Assembly (NCBI GenBank): GCA_001949185.1
Contig: BDGG01000005.1
Coordinates: forward strand, 310,001 to 374,000
Reading direction: 5' to 3'
DNA length: 64,000 nt
Origin: Ramazzottius varieornatus
Lineage: Eukaryota > Animalia > Tardigrada
Position 1 is the first letter of the stretch. Each line of letters starts with the position of its first letter. Under the pieces are notes generated by a model. It was not told the origin of the DNA. It saw only the letters and a list, made by a program, of their open reading frames with translations, and made no database searches. Made by a program: the position numbers and the translations under genes. This document shows, piece by piece, positions 26,316 to 38,208 of this stretch.

Positions 26316-29300
26316 ATGAAGGTTCGACTGGGATCGTACTGGAAACCGATCACCGCTGTGTCCATTGTCATCTTCCTCCTTCCACTCTGCTTTGAGTTCA
26401 AGCAGGACACAACAGTAAGTTTCAGCGATGCACAGAAGAAACTGTTATATAAATGTACTTAAAGTCCCAGATTTGGTGTGTTATGCTTTTTCTTCAGGCA
26501 GCAAGATGCGGCTACGTTCTCATCATAATGGCGCTATACTGGGTCCTGGAACTGATACCCATCCCCATCACGGGACTTTTGCCTGCCTTCATGTTCCCTC
26601 TTCTGGGTATCCAGAAAGCCAAAGACGTGTCGAAGAATTACTTTCAGGTAAGGGATATGGTAGCTGGGCAAACAAGACGTACAAGATCGTGGTCTTAAGT
26701 GGCGCAAATGTTCACTGTTACTGGTGGGAAGGGTGCGCCAGCTCCCATATTCTCCAGTGGTTGTACGTACATTCCTCAGAATGCTCATGTTCGCGGGCTG
26801 ATTAGGTTTTCGCTTCTAGGACAGTGTGATGCTTTTCATGGGAGGTTTGCTGGTGGCTCTTGCGGTGGAGCACACTAACCTCCACAGAAGGATTGCACTG
26901 AAGGTGCTGCTGGTGGTAGGCTCGAAACCGCACTGGATCATGGCCGGCTTTATGGTGTTAAGCGGTGCGATAGTTAGCATCACTTCCGCCTCGATCCAAC
27001 ACTTCTATGCTTTCGAGTAACTCTTCAGTACTTGTATCTGCAAACATGATTGTCTTACTTTCCAGCTGGCTTATCAATGTTTATCAGCAACACAGGTCAG
27101 GAACGGAACCAACGGTGTCGGAATATTCAAAATTCCTGCTATCTTCCCGGACGTTCAAAGTAATATTTAGATATGCGATAATCATTGTTCAATTTCAGCT
27201 ACTACGGCCATGGTCTTGCCCATCGCAATCGCTGTGATTGTCGAACTCGGTCGTCAAAAGATGGCGCTGTCTCCCCGAAAATCTTTCTCGCCCGTGATGG
27301 TTCAGGCCGAGCCGGACGTGACTGGCTTGTCCTCCCCATGGGCAGAAGGTTCGGAACCAAAAGAACTGGTAGCCTTGCGGGACATCCCGAACAGCAGTGC
27401 GGTCAACATATCAGACGCGCGGAAGAAAGCTGAAGTGATGGAGCTGCAGATAGAGTTCAACTTCGCGGCCCTTCCTCCGCGACAGCAAGAAATCGCCAAA
27501 GCTCTGGTTTTATGCGTCGCTTATGCATCAAGCATCGGCGGTCAGTGCTCGGAACAGGGAATAGTGATGGTAGTTGACTGTGAAATGCTCCTTCTGGAGT
27601 CACTGTTTGTCTTTTGCAGGAATGGCAACATTAACAGGAACCCTGACAAATACGGTGTTCAGTGGACAATTCGACCTGTAAGGAAACTGCGCAAATCAAA
27701 GCGTGTATTACTGTCATCTTTAGTGGCACACCCTTCCAGTCAACAGCAATAAAGTGCGCGCCACTTGAGAAACCGATCCTGCACTTTTTGTTTGCACTGC
27801 TCTCAAGTATTAAGTGCGGAAGTATGACTTGCAACTCTCTGGTGGAAAGTTTTCAAAAAATTTTCCTGACTTCGGATCTCAGTCGTTTTGAACCAATTAA
27901 ATGTCTAAACCAGTGAGGTACTTCCGCCAGTTTTTCTGCAGTGAATCCATGCTGATACTGTAGGAACATGAGGGAAGAAAAAAACTACTCTTAGAAGCCA
28001 TTTTTTACAGCCCCTTCCGAAAATATTTTTCTCTCTCGCTGGAGATGCTTTAATTTCTGGGAATATTGATAACCTGTTAGTGCTCGGTCCCGACTACAAG
28101 GACTGAGAAAGGGAGTTCGCGGTTCCACCTCTGACAGTTTTCAGAGTGTTTTGTGCAGTCAGCACTCTGGAGCTGTCTTGCAACAGTAGTGGCTTCGCTA
28201 CACTAAATGATTTCGGTTGTTGCACGGCAAGCTTTTCCATCCACTCTTCCGTTTCCAGGGAGGTTCGGCTTGGCACTATCGCTCTGCTGAGTAGTCGAAA
28301 TTCATAGCGGTCTGGACCGCAAGATGGCCACCAGAAAGTCACCACAGTCCTCTTTCGGTGTCGCTGACGATTCAAAATTTTCGGTGGCGCTTTCGCTCTG
28401 TCTCAGCAGTCCGCTTCTTGCTTAAAAACATCCTGTAAAGTCTGTCTCTATCTTCGGTGGCTGTATGGTCTGAAGTCGGCACGTTTCTGGTCGCGAGAAG
28501 GGATGAAAAGAAAGGCGGAACTCTGCATTTTTCCAGAGGTGCGCAAGATAAGCGGGGGCATAGACTCCCCTAATTTCCTGTCTTCCCTTTTTCTTCTGAA
28601 CGCCCGGTGATAGTTTAGATAGATACCACAAAGCCTCGTAGAAGTTTTACGATGATTTGGGAACGATCGATTTTGGCCAGCTTCGTCAGCAGGCTGTTGT
28701 TCACTTTCAGTTTCCGCCTCCGGAAGGGATATCTTTCGAGTAAAACTTCTCCAGAAAGGAAACAATCTGTCTAACTTCCCACGTATTCTCCGCTAGTGTA
28801 TTCACTCATACATTCTAGACCAGTATTGTTTTTTTGTGTGCGAAGCATGGTAAACGAGAAAGATTGGGATTCCCAAATGACTCGAAATTTCCCTTCTCCC
28901 GGACCCTAACAAAATTAATTATCCTTCACCAGCTAACTACAGATCATGTAACGCTTGACCATTAGTAGAAAGAGGACAGTCTGTCAAGTGACCGGAAAGA
29001 AGTTCCAGGACAGTCTGACGAGGGAGAGCAAAAACACAAATTTTTGGAATTGAAGGTTTCCAAAAGTTGCGAGTCATACTTCCGCACCTGATAGTGACAA
29101 ATAGCAAGATATTTATCGTGGAATTAGAGTGGGTCCCTTTTTGAAATTTCCTGAAGTTAGCTTCCTGCTGTCCTTTGCAGTCTTTATCCTAACGCGGGAG
29201 TCGTAACGTATGCAACTTTCTTTTTCTTCGCGTTTCCCACCATGGCCATATGTCTTATCTTCGCTTGGTGCTGGCTAGGGTTCCAGTTCTTCCTCCTTCC

Positions 29301-30747
29301 GTAAGTCGACAGCCCTTCTATAACACTGTGTCGTGCTCTATAGCACAATTTGCTGAAGTTTATGTAGCCTTTCCTAACTGCAGGTATCTGCGCACCGGCA
29401 TATCCGAGAGCGATCCTCGTCTGGAGGCCAACATGAAGCGCATGTTTCGTGTTAAACACGAGGAGCTCGGACCTCTAAGGTACCTTGGGTTGTTTTGCCC
29501 TCTTCGGCATAAAGATTTGCTCCATAAATCTAAGCTGTTTTTCTTACAGGTTTGCCGAAGGATCGGCATTAGCCATTTTCCTTTCGTTGGTGTTACTGTG
29601 GTTCTTCCGTGAGCCGAAATTTATGCCTGGATGGAACACATGGTTCAAAGAGGCGTACATTTCTGACACGACACCCGGTGTCTTGATGGGCTTCCTACTC
29701 TCCCTGTGGCCAGTGTACAATCCTTTTCGGCGAAGTCTAGGTGGACATTATCCCTCGTACGAGCCCATTCTCAACTGGAAAGTGATGGCCACAAAGTTTC
29801 CTTGGGACGTGCTGTTGCTTTTGGGTGGAGCTCTGGCTCTCGCTGACGGTGTCCAGGTACGAATGCCAGCCATTGCGGAACAGCACTTGGGAGGTCGCAC
29901 TTAATTATAAACGGTCTTCCCTTGACGAATACCTTATGGCTTATTCTCGCTTTCAGTGACCATGTGACAAACCAATGTTGTTTGTCTGTGCAAAGTTGTA
30001 TTAAAGTTTGATTCTTCAAGTGGCGCAGTTTTATCGAACCTTAGCTGGAAACGTGCGCCACTCGAGATAACGATCATCCCGATATTGTTGCCGCCCTCAC
30101 GCTTTGGCTTATTGATCGTGTTGCATGGTCTTCACAGGAGTCGGGTCTTACGGAAGTGATCAAACGAGCATTGGATTCACTAAATCAGTTTCCTCCAGCG
30201 GCTGTTGCCGCAGTAATCGCTCTGATAGTCACTTTCTCCACAGAGTTTGCCAGCAACGCGGCAATGGCCAGCATATTTTTGCCCGTTGTTGCCACTCTGG
30301 TAAGATTTTATAGTCCCTGAGCCATCTACTGCCATAAATGTTAACTTTAGTGACCCTTTTCAGGCAGAAACCGCAAATGTAAACCCTTTATACTACATGC
30401 TCCCGGTCACAATGTCCTGCTCGTTTGCCTTCATGTTCCCGGTGGCCACTCCGCCTAACGCAATAGGTACACTACAGTTTGAAATTAACTAAGCGTTGCT
30501 GATAGTATGGTTAACGTCCGGCTGGTGTTTTCCAGCGTTCGGGTGCGGTTTTCTGAAGGTCGCTGATATGAACAAGTGCGGCTTCGCGCTGAACATTGGA
30601 TGTATGTTGCTGTCTCTGGGCGCCCTTCACACCTTCGGATTCTGGGTCTTCCATCTGGACACCTTTCCCGGATGGGCCAACAATACAGTGCCCGCTCCTA
30701 CCACGTCACAGCCTTGTTTACCGGTGCAGAAGTATTGTTTGCATTGA
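26316..30747 (+). CDS. SLC13 family Na+/di-tricarboxylate (or sulfate) cotransporter, Indy-like
   Basis: ATG in a GCCACCATG context; [17 protein letters not shown]; MFISNTATTAM; [15 protein letters not shown]; WDVLLLLGG; TEFASN; [15 protein letters not shown]. Confidence 0.93.
27810..29091. mobile_element. Decayed Tc1/mariner-like element in an SLC13 intron
   Basis: Imperfect TIRs of about 27 bp (TTAAGTGCGGAAGTATGACTTGCAACT versus reverse complement TCAGGTGCGGAAGTATGACTCGCAACT), flanked by TA on both sides (27808-09, 29092-93). Length 1282 bp; no intact transposase. Confidence 0.7.
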
Positions 30748-31122
30748 CGAAGATCATTGTTTTTCTGATTGTTTTAATATTTGTTTTTGAGAGATCTACT
30801 TTTTCGAAACATTTCCGCTACATACTGTATGTACAGTCTCTTACCGTAGACTTTTGGTTTCTTGTTCGCAGACCGTTGTTAAGGAACTTAAGGGCGCTCC
30901 TAGTATGCATATCCGAACGAAACGATACTGATAGCGTCAAGGTTATTTGCAGTATCAAATTCCGCAAAGTTAGTTTAGTACAGGAGGCGGAAGCTGAACT
31001 ATTGGGTTGAGCATCCCGAGAAAAAGTTATTTACATCCCGGAGGTCAATCGATTTCCTAATACGGTCTTGCTGGTCTTTCGGAGCTTACTACTGTGCGAC
31101 CAACTATCCGAAGCTCTAGACG

Positions 31123-31851
31123 ATGGCCACGTCCAGCAAGCCGACAATAAGGGTTAAAACCAAGGATGGCGGTATATTCACACTGGACGTTGAGGTCGCC
31201 AGGGTTCGTGCAACAGTTATACTCCTTTAGCTACTGTATAACCTCCTGGCGTTTACTTACATTTGACTACGATACGGTGCTTCATTACAATATCGATTTG
31301 TTCCTCTTAGCATTCTGATTTCCTAAAAGAAATGCTGGACAGTCTGAGTACCTGTACCGGAGAGGGCGACGAGGAAAAGCGCACCGACGATGATCTGGAG
31401 TTGTCAGGAGTGATATCAGCGGCAACATTTCTGAAGGTACACGTACATTGTTTTGCCAAAGTACTTATTGCACACTGAAATTGATCAACTTTCGATATTC
31501 CGATAGATTCAGTCCTGGATGGATCATCAGCATAAGGCTCACGGAGCGCCAGTTGCCATATCGGAAGAGGCAGAGTTGCTTGCTCGGTTCACGGAGGACA
31601 TACCCGACTGGGACCAGAAGTTTCTCCAAGGTCTGGATCAAAGCAGTCTCTTCCGGGTTATTCTGGCAGCAGACTATCTTCACATTAAGAAGTTATTCGG
31701 TTACTGTTGCAAGATTGTCGCAGAGTCACTTAAAGGGAAGACCGTCGAAACTATAAGGGCGCTTTATGGCATTGAGAACGATTTCTCACCAGAGGAAGAA
31801 AAGGCTCTTCGAAAACAAACCGCATGGTGTGAAGACTCGGAAGCACAATAA
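31123..31851 (+). CDS. Divergent Skp1-family protein (3 exons)
   Basis: IRVKTKDGGIFTLDVEVAR; IPDWDQKFL; LFRVILAADYLHIKKL; CKIVAESLKGKTVETIR; IENDFSPEEE..W. Confidence 0.9.
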
Positions 31852-31878
31852 CCGACGAAAAAGATTGTGTTTCATATT

Positions 31879-33226
31879 TTATGCTACCGATGTGTCGAAG
31901 GTGCGTAGCTCGGCCAGAAGTTTTTCTCGCAGAGAGTTCTCTTGGGCAAACACTGCATCAAGTTCTCTCATATGGTATTCATTCCTGTTTTGGCGATCTT
32001 GAGAATCTCCCCATAAAGCCACGAGAGACGCTCGCTTTTCTTCAGACTGTGCGAGTTTTTGTTGCCATGAAGGATCTGGAAGAAAAAATTTTTTTGACGA
32101 GATATACTTTCATTAGCTCGAAGTTTTCCGAATTCAATGATCGTGACCCAAATCACGTACCGTATGTTTGCTGAAAGCAGGACAGTTGGTCCGACAGCGA
32201 GGATAGCAGCTGCGTGTTGGCCGTGATTTTACTCTGGACATCAACTCTACTTTCCATATGATTGAGGTCTCTGGTACTTCGAGTGCTTTTCGCGGAGGAT
32301 AACGAGCCTTCGAGTTCATCTATCTGTCGGTTTATGTCTCCCACAGCTTGATAAATGTTCGAGATAGCCAGATCAAGGTTTCCGGTGGAAGCAGAAGTGC
32401 TTTCCACCTCGGAAGCCAAGTCGCTTAGTTTCTTTAGTTGGTCCTCCGTGTGTAATCTCACTTTCTCGAAATCCGCTTTCTTGTTAATCAGTTGGGTGTC
32501 GCAGGTAGAAAGCTCCGCATTCATACTGGAGAGGTTTGCCGAAAGCTTGGCTTCTTCTTGTTTTAGTTTCTTTTCCTGGGCCTGAATATCGGCTTCCGAG
32601 GCTGATAAAGCGGAAAGTTTAGCCTTCAGCAAAGGACTGTTTTGCGCGATATCCTCCTTGTTGCATTGCAAACCCAGAGAAATACTTTGGATAACATCTT
32701 CTTGAACAACCTTCTTGGTTGAACAGGACGGACAAGGTTCATTAGGGCGGTATGGGTCACTCGTTTGGCCTTCCTCCGACCTCGTTTCCGGTTCCGGCGG
32801 AAGTCCTATGCCCCATGCTTGGAAGAACTGCTCAATCCTCCAATTCAAAATTTCGGTGGCAGCAACGAGCAAGTTCCTGTCAAGACATACTTTAAGTCTT
32901 TGTTTGGGAGGAGAAACCTGACGTGACTGAATAAAGACACCGAAGGCGAGCAACGTAGTCCCTATACGGTCAATCAAGAGCTCGAGCAAGGTTAGGTGCC
33001 CCTTCTGGGATTGATCAGCGTTACGTGGATTGTACTGGAAACAGGTGACCAAATTCTCTGTGTCCACATCCAGTACGTAACTTCCTGTATATTTCCATGA
33101 TCGGTGGGAGTTCAGACTCTTCGAGATGTCTTTGCGCTTGAGGAGCTTCTGAATAGTCTCTTCAATGTCCAGTACATCGCAACGGAGGTTCTCCATGAGA
33201 ACTCGGTCACCTATGTGGGAAGTCAT
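31879..33226 (-). CDS. CCDC157: Coiled-coil domain protein 157-like (2 exons)
   Basis: N-terminus MTSHIGDRVLMENLRCDVLDIE..SWKY..HLTLLELLIDR matches the recalled CCDC157 N-terminal pattern; CxxC followed by a coiled coil. A second exon (about 31879-32075) is open in phase. Confidence 0.7.
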
Positions 33227-33770
33227 TCTGACGATGTTGGTTCCGAGACTTTCACCTTACCTCTCATAAGCGGACACGCTAAAAATTCTTCTATCGATAG
33301 AACATAGAACAACATACGGACTATGAGTCGTGTAGTTATGGAAATCGTGAACAAAACATCAGCATTTCCCGCAGACCAAAGACCCGCACTTTGGTCCCGC
33401 AGACGATGAAGTCATGTTATCGGACATGACATGATATGACATAACATAATATGTGTACATAACATTTGCGCTAAGTAAGTAATGCAAAGTCATTAATGCA
33501 GTCGCACTTTCGCGCTTGACTAGACGGAATTTCGCTCTCGTCTAACTCGAAAATGCGTCCGGCTGTTGTACTCTAGGTAGATTACAAAGGATCACGGATT
33601 CGATGTGGGAGCTGGACGTCGGCGTTGAGGCCAACAGGAGCTGGCCGTCGATCTGAAGCAAGTCATGGATGCCTGACGAATATTTGAACTCCGTGTGAAT
33701 TTTCAATTCTGCTGTGGCGTATTACATTGCTAACGTTTGTTGACTGCTTTCTTTCGGATAGAAATGAGCG

Positions 33771-36095
33771 ATGGCAGGATGGAACGGTTTCTCTACCAAG
33801 CGACAACTGAGATACCTGTTCGTCGGAGCAATCGCCTTGTTGGTGTGTGGTATGGTCTATCGTTCTACGCGTCCTGTCCACACTACTGATGATCCTTATT
33901 TGGACGGTGCAGTGGAGACTGCCGAGGCTGGATCCTGTCCTGTTGCTATTGACGGTACGATGGAGGGATTCTACGCCTTCAATAACGAGCACGTCCGGCC
34001 TGGAGATGGAGAATGCACGATGGAGACGTGCTTCAACGCCAGCATGTGCAAAGATCAGCAATTCCGAGTTTATGTTTATGCAGTCATCGAACCCATCTCT
34101 CAGATATACAGCAACGTCCTCTCGGCTCTACGTCGTTCTCCGTACTTTACAGAGAATCCGGACGAAGCGTGCTTGTTCGTGCTGGGACTGGATACGATGG
34201 AACGTGACAGCCTCAGTAACATCTACGTAAAGAACGTGAACGAGAAAATGCACTTAGACCCTGTCGTCCAACAATACTGGAATGGCGGAAGAAACCACTT
34301 CATCTTCAACCTCAAAGCTGGAACGTTTCCCTACTATCATGAGAAAGATCTGGGCTTTGATATTGGACAGGCTATTCTGGCCAAAGCTAGCATGTCTTTC
34401 AGAGTAAGAACATGACCAAAACTCTCCGATACGGAGCAATGAGAGCGAGTCGGTCACCTCGCATGTGGGACCGTGACGTCACACATGCTGTACTTGGGGT
34501 AGCCGATTTAATCATCATGCCCCGTCCGTACCGATTTACGTCAAGTCAGTCGCGCTCACAGCTATTATGTTTTACAGAACTTCCGCCAAGGTTTCGATGT
34601 CAGTCTTCCCCTCTTCCAATCGTCTCTACCACCACGCGGAGAAAATGCGGGTTACGTCGTCATAAGACAATCTCGTCTCGCAAGGAGGAAGTACCTCCTG
34701 TCTTTCAAAGGCAAGCGCTATCTCTACGGTATCGGCTCCGACAGCCGGAACTTCCTCTACCATATCAACAACCAAGACGACATCCTAATCCTGACAACCT
34801 GCGAGCACGGCAAGCTGTCCAGATCAATCCGTGATGAGCGTTGTGACGATGACGACCAGCAATATGTTCGTTACGACTATCAGATGCTTTTGAACAATTC
34901 GACATTCTGCCTGGTTCCTCGCGGTCGAAGACTGGACTCTTTCCGGTTCTTGGAAGCCTTACAAGCCGGCTGCATACCGGTCATACTATCCAATGGTATC
35001 GTCTTGCCTTTTAGCGAGATCATTGACTGGAAGAAAGCGGTGCTGTTCGCGGACGAACGTCTCATCACACACATTCCCACCATGGTTCGTGCTATCGAGT
35101 CCGAACAGATAGTGGCGATGAGGCAGCAGACCCAGATACTGTGGCGGCAGTACTTCTCCTCGGTCGAACGTATAGTCTTGACAGCCCTCGAGATAATTCG
35201 TAATCGCTTCTTGGTCCATCGTTTTCCGAAGAGTTTCTTCAATACGTACCCTAGTATACACCTCACGCATATTCCATACCTTAACCCGAAAACCGTCCCC
35301 CTATTATTTGGTGAACCCATTTCGGGTTTAGCGGAAGAAGACACGTTTACGGTCCATATTACGATAACTTCCGAGAAGAACATTCACACGAAACTTTTGC
35401 AGCTGTTGAAGACACTGAACAGAACGCCGTCCGTTGGATTCATCTTTATCACAACGGACTGGAAAGAATCCACGGGAATCGCAGTCAAAGGATGGACATG
35501 GTTGAATGTTCCATTCGAAGTTATTTCCCTTGGAAAACTAACTGCTGAGAAAGTGGAGACACAAGCTGTGATGTCCGTTCGAGATGACTGTGGTCTTACT
35601 TCCGAAAATCTCCAGCAAGGTTTCCGGTCATGGAGGACCTCGCCGGACCGCATTGTGGGTCCGCACTCAGCTTCACATGCGTGGGATGAGTTCAACGGAA
35701 GATGGCAGTACTTGACGAAGAACACCGGAGACTACTCGTTGGTGACGACGGAAAATGCCTTCGTCCATGTGGAGTACCACGCCCTCTTGGAACATTACCT
35801 GGATAAAGTGACGCCGAAGTTACCTGCAGTTTGCTCGGATATTCTGTTGAATTTCATAGCGGCGATGGTGTCAAAGTTACCTCCTCTAAAGATCAGTGGA
35901 AAGCGTTCAAACAAGATTGTAGTGACCGATGACAGTCTTTCGCGGTGGGCAGAAGAGCATCGACGCCAAAGGGAATGTTTGAACCAACTGTATGAGACGT
36001 TCGGTTACATGCCTTTGGTTCGATCGTCCGAAGCAGAAGAAGCGTCGTATGCTAAGGAAGACTTCCTTGACCATAGATGGAACTACACCGCGTGA
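33771..36095 (+). CDS. EXT1: Exostosin-1 (tout-velu-like) heparan sulfate polymerase subunit
   Basis: Type II TM; CTMETCF; WNGGRNHFIFNL; GQAILAKASMS; intron about 34404-34578; FKGKRYLYGIGSDSR; NSTFCLVPRGRRLDSFRFLEALQAGCIPV; degenerate GT64 C-terminal half. Confidence 0.93.
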
Positions 36096-36412
36096 ACCCT
36101 AGGTATTGTTTCACCGTTCCCAGTGCACGTTCATGTTTGACTCGCTGTAACCTAATGCTTGATTCAATATTCAGAATACCGGTGTATCACTTTTCAGGTT
36201 AACTGAACGGAGAGAAGGCACTCCACTTGACCAGCATGGTTCCTCGAGTTTATGGATGAATTCGAGACGGAAGTCGAACAAGAACGATACGCAGGACGAT
36301 GAAAAGGTATTTAGGCAGTATGATTGGAAAGATGGAAAACGGCTTCTGTACATGACATTGTTTGGAAGGAATGGGTTAAAGTTTTAGAATGAGTATTCCG
36401 TTACACAATCAT

Positions 36413-36994
36413 TTATTTCCCTTCTCCGTCGCAGTAATCGTTCTGACCGGCTAGTCCATCGACGCATCGGTTGGCGCATCTCTTGACGACGGTGGGCTGC
36501 TCATTGGACTACAACGATAAATTTCATGCGGTAAAAAGGCTTCCAAGCGTTATCTCGAAACGAAAATCTGTTGAGTGTCATTTTTTTTAAGGTTTGTCGA
36601 ACACGGATACTCACGTGGCACGAGTAGAGAGTCTGGGGATCAAGCTCGACTCCGCAGTTGGAGCCGAGACGGGCGACGTTCAAGGTGGATCCACAGTACT
36701 GCAACCAGCAGACACGGTAAGAACACAGCAGATAGTAATGTTGGAATAAGGGTTGACGTGGTAGGAAAAACTCACAGTGAAGGTCCTCGGGCAGCATCCA
36801 GCATGTAGCACTGCAAAGAGAGAGGAACCTCGAACGTCATACTTGGCAGAAATACTTCAATATAGATATTGTAACAAAGATGTCTGTCTTTACAGACTGA
36901 AACTGGTGCGAGAGAAAAGAAGAATGGGCTGGAAGGGCTACTAACCTGCAGCGCAGCACGCCAGGACGAAGAATGCGATGAATATGGCCCTCAT
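36413..36994 (-). CDS. Small secreted cysteine-rich protein, paralog A (87 aa, 4 exons)
   Basis: Spliced product: MRAIFIAFFVLACCAAVLHAGCCPRTFTYCGSTLNVARLGSNCGVELDPQTLYSCHSNEQPTVVKRCANRCVDGLAGQNDYCDGEGK. All introns are GT-AG and the paralog confirms the structure. Confidence 0.9.
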
Positions 36995-37572
36995 TTTCGA
37001 CGATGTAAAGGTTTGAGAAGTGGAAAAAAAATATAAATTGACTGAACGTGCGCTCAAAATTTTGGAAAGATCTTTTTGTAGTACTGAAGACACGGTAGAT
37101 AAGAGCTCTGTAGTTTGTCTTGTAGCCACGCATCTAAGTTCCCCAATCTTGATAGTTCGAACCGGAAGTGACCATCTCGTGGAATCAGCTCGGCCTACAC
37201 AGTTCGCCACTTGTCGAACTTGTTTTGTTTTGTGCTGAGGTTCCGGTGATAGTCGAGACTGAAGTCCAGCAATGCCTTTGGCCTGGTCTGACGTCTGGAA
37301 CTCGAGTAACGTGGTGCTTTCTAAACATCCTAATGGCTACTCAAAGCTCTCCAGCCTTTTGACATTCATGTCAAATTGTCAATGTGGACTGTTCGAAGAA
37401 ACTGAACGGCTTGCTTGAGATCCAAGCTGAACCCGTAAAATCATTCTATGTGAAAAATCTTTTCTGGAAGGTAGTCACACTCTGGTAGTCAGTATGGGGC
37501 GTTGGTATTTGTTCAGAAAAGCAATGACATGAGAGGTTCCGCGCCGTACTGTCAAAGGTTCATGTACCGCCC

Positions 37573-37760
37573 TAATTACTGGCCGATACCCAATTATTGG
37601 CCACCTGTTTATTTCGGCGATTAGCGACTTGATTCACTCGACTGAAGTTTATTGGCAAAGAGTATGAATTTATAAGGTCCGCTAGATGAAACCAAAAAAG
37701 TCAGCCTTCTAGTTGCCTCGAAATACAGGTGGTCAGTAATAGGGTCCCGACTAATAATTA
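37573..37760. mobile_element. Degenerate MITE-like inverted repeat (possibly Tc1/pogo-type)
   Basis: Arms 37573-37616 and 37719-37760 are imperfect reverse complements (TAATTA.T.G.CG..ACCC.ATTA.TG.CCACCTGT..ATTTCG). Termini and TSD are unclear. Confidence 0.55.
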
Positions 37761-38208
37761 TTTATAGCTCAAGTGGGTGTACTGTAGGTCGATGTGCTGT
37801 TACGCATCTCAGCATGCGCCCCCGCTCTCTGATGCGCACGTAAGCTGAAAAGTGTCTTGACTAAGAAAGCCCTTTTTCGACACTGAACCTTTGGGCCAAG
37901 ATGGAACGATGGTTTCCTCGTTCAAGGAATTGTTTAATGCAAGACCTGGGCTTTACGGAACGTCGAAGTTCCGCTTGATACTTTCGGTGATCTGTAATAA
38001 TTCTAGTAGTTCTAATCTTTGAATCTTCTAGGTTCGTACTGCTCAACGGGGTTCACATCGGTTCGAACGGGGTCTTGGCATTTTTACCGATGTACATACC
38101 GACTGAAACTCGCTTCTGCTGACTCCAAGCAGGGGTTGGTAAAAAGGCAGGGAAAATGCTGTACGTTGGTCATAAAACTAGCGACATTTCTTTAGTTATC
38201 CAGGCTCT

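Larger units (their letters stand above)
1531..30063. repeat. Dispersed palindrome family 1 (AAGTGGCGCAC-N24/25-GTGCGCCACTT); span covers the main copies
   Basis: Copies at 1531, about 2306, about 10262, 10344, 16773, 18411, 19692, about 21488, 26697, 27721 and 30018; partial copy near 56212-56301. Confidence 0.85.
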
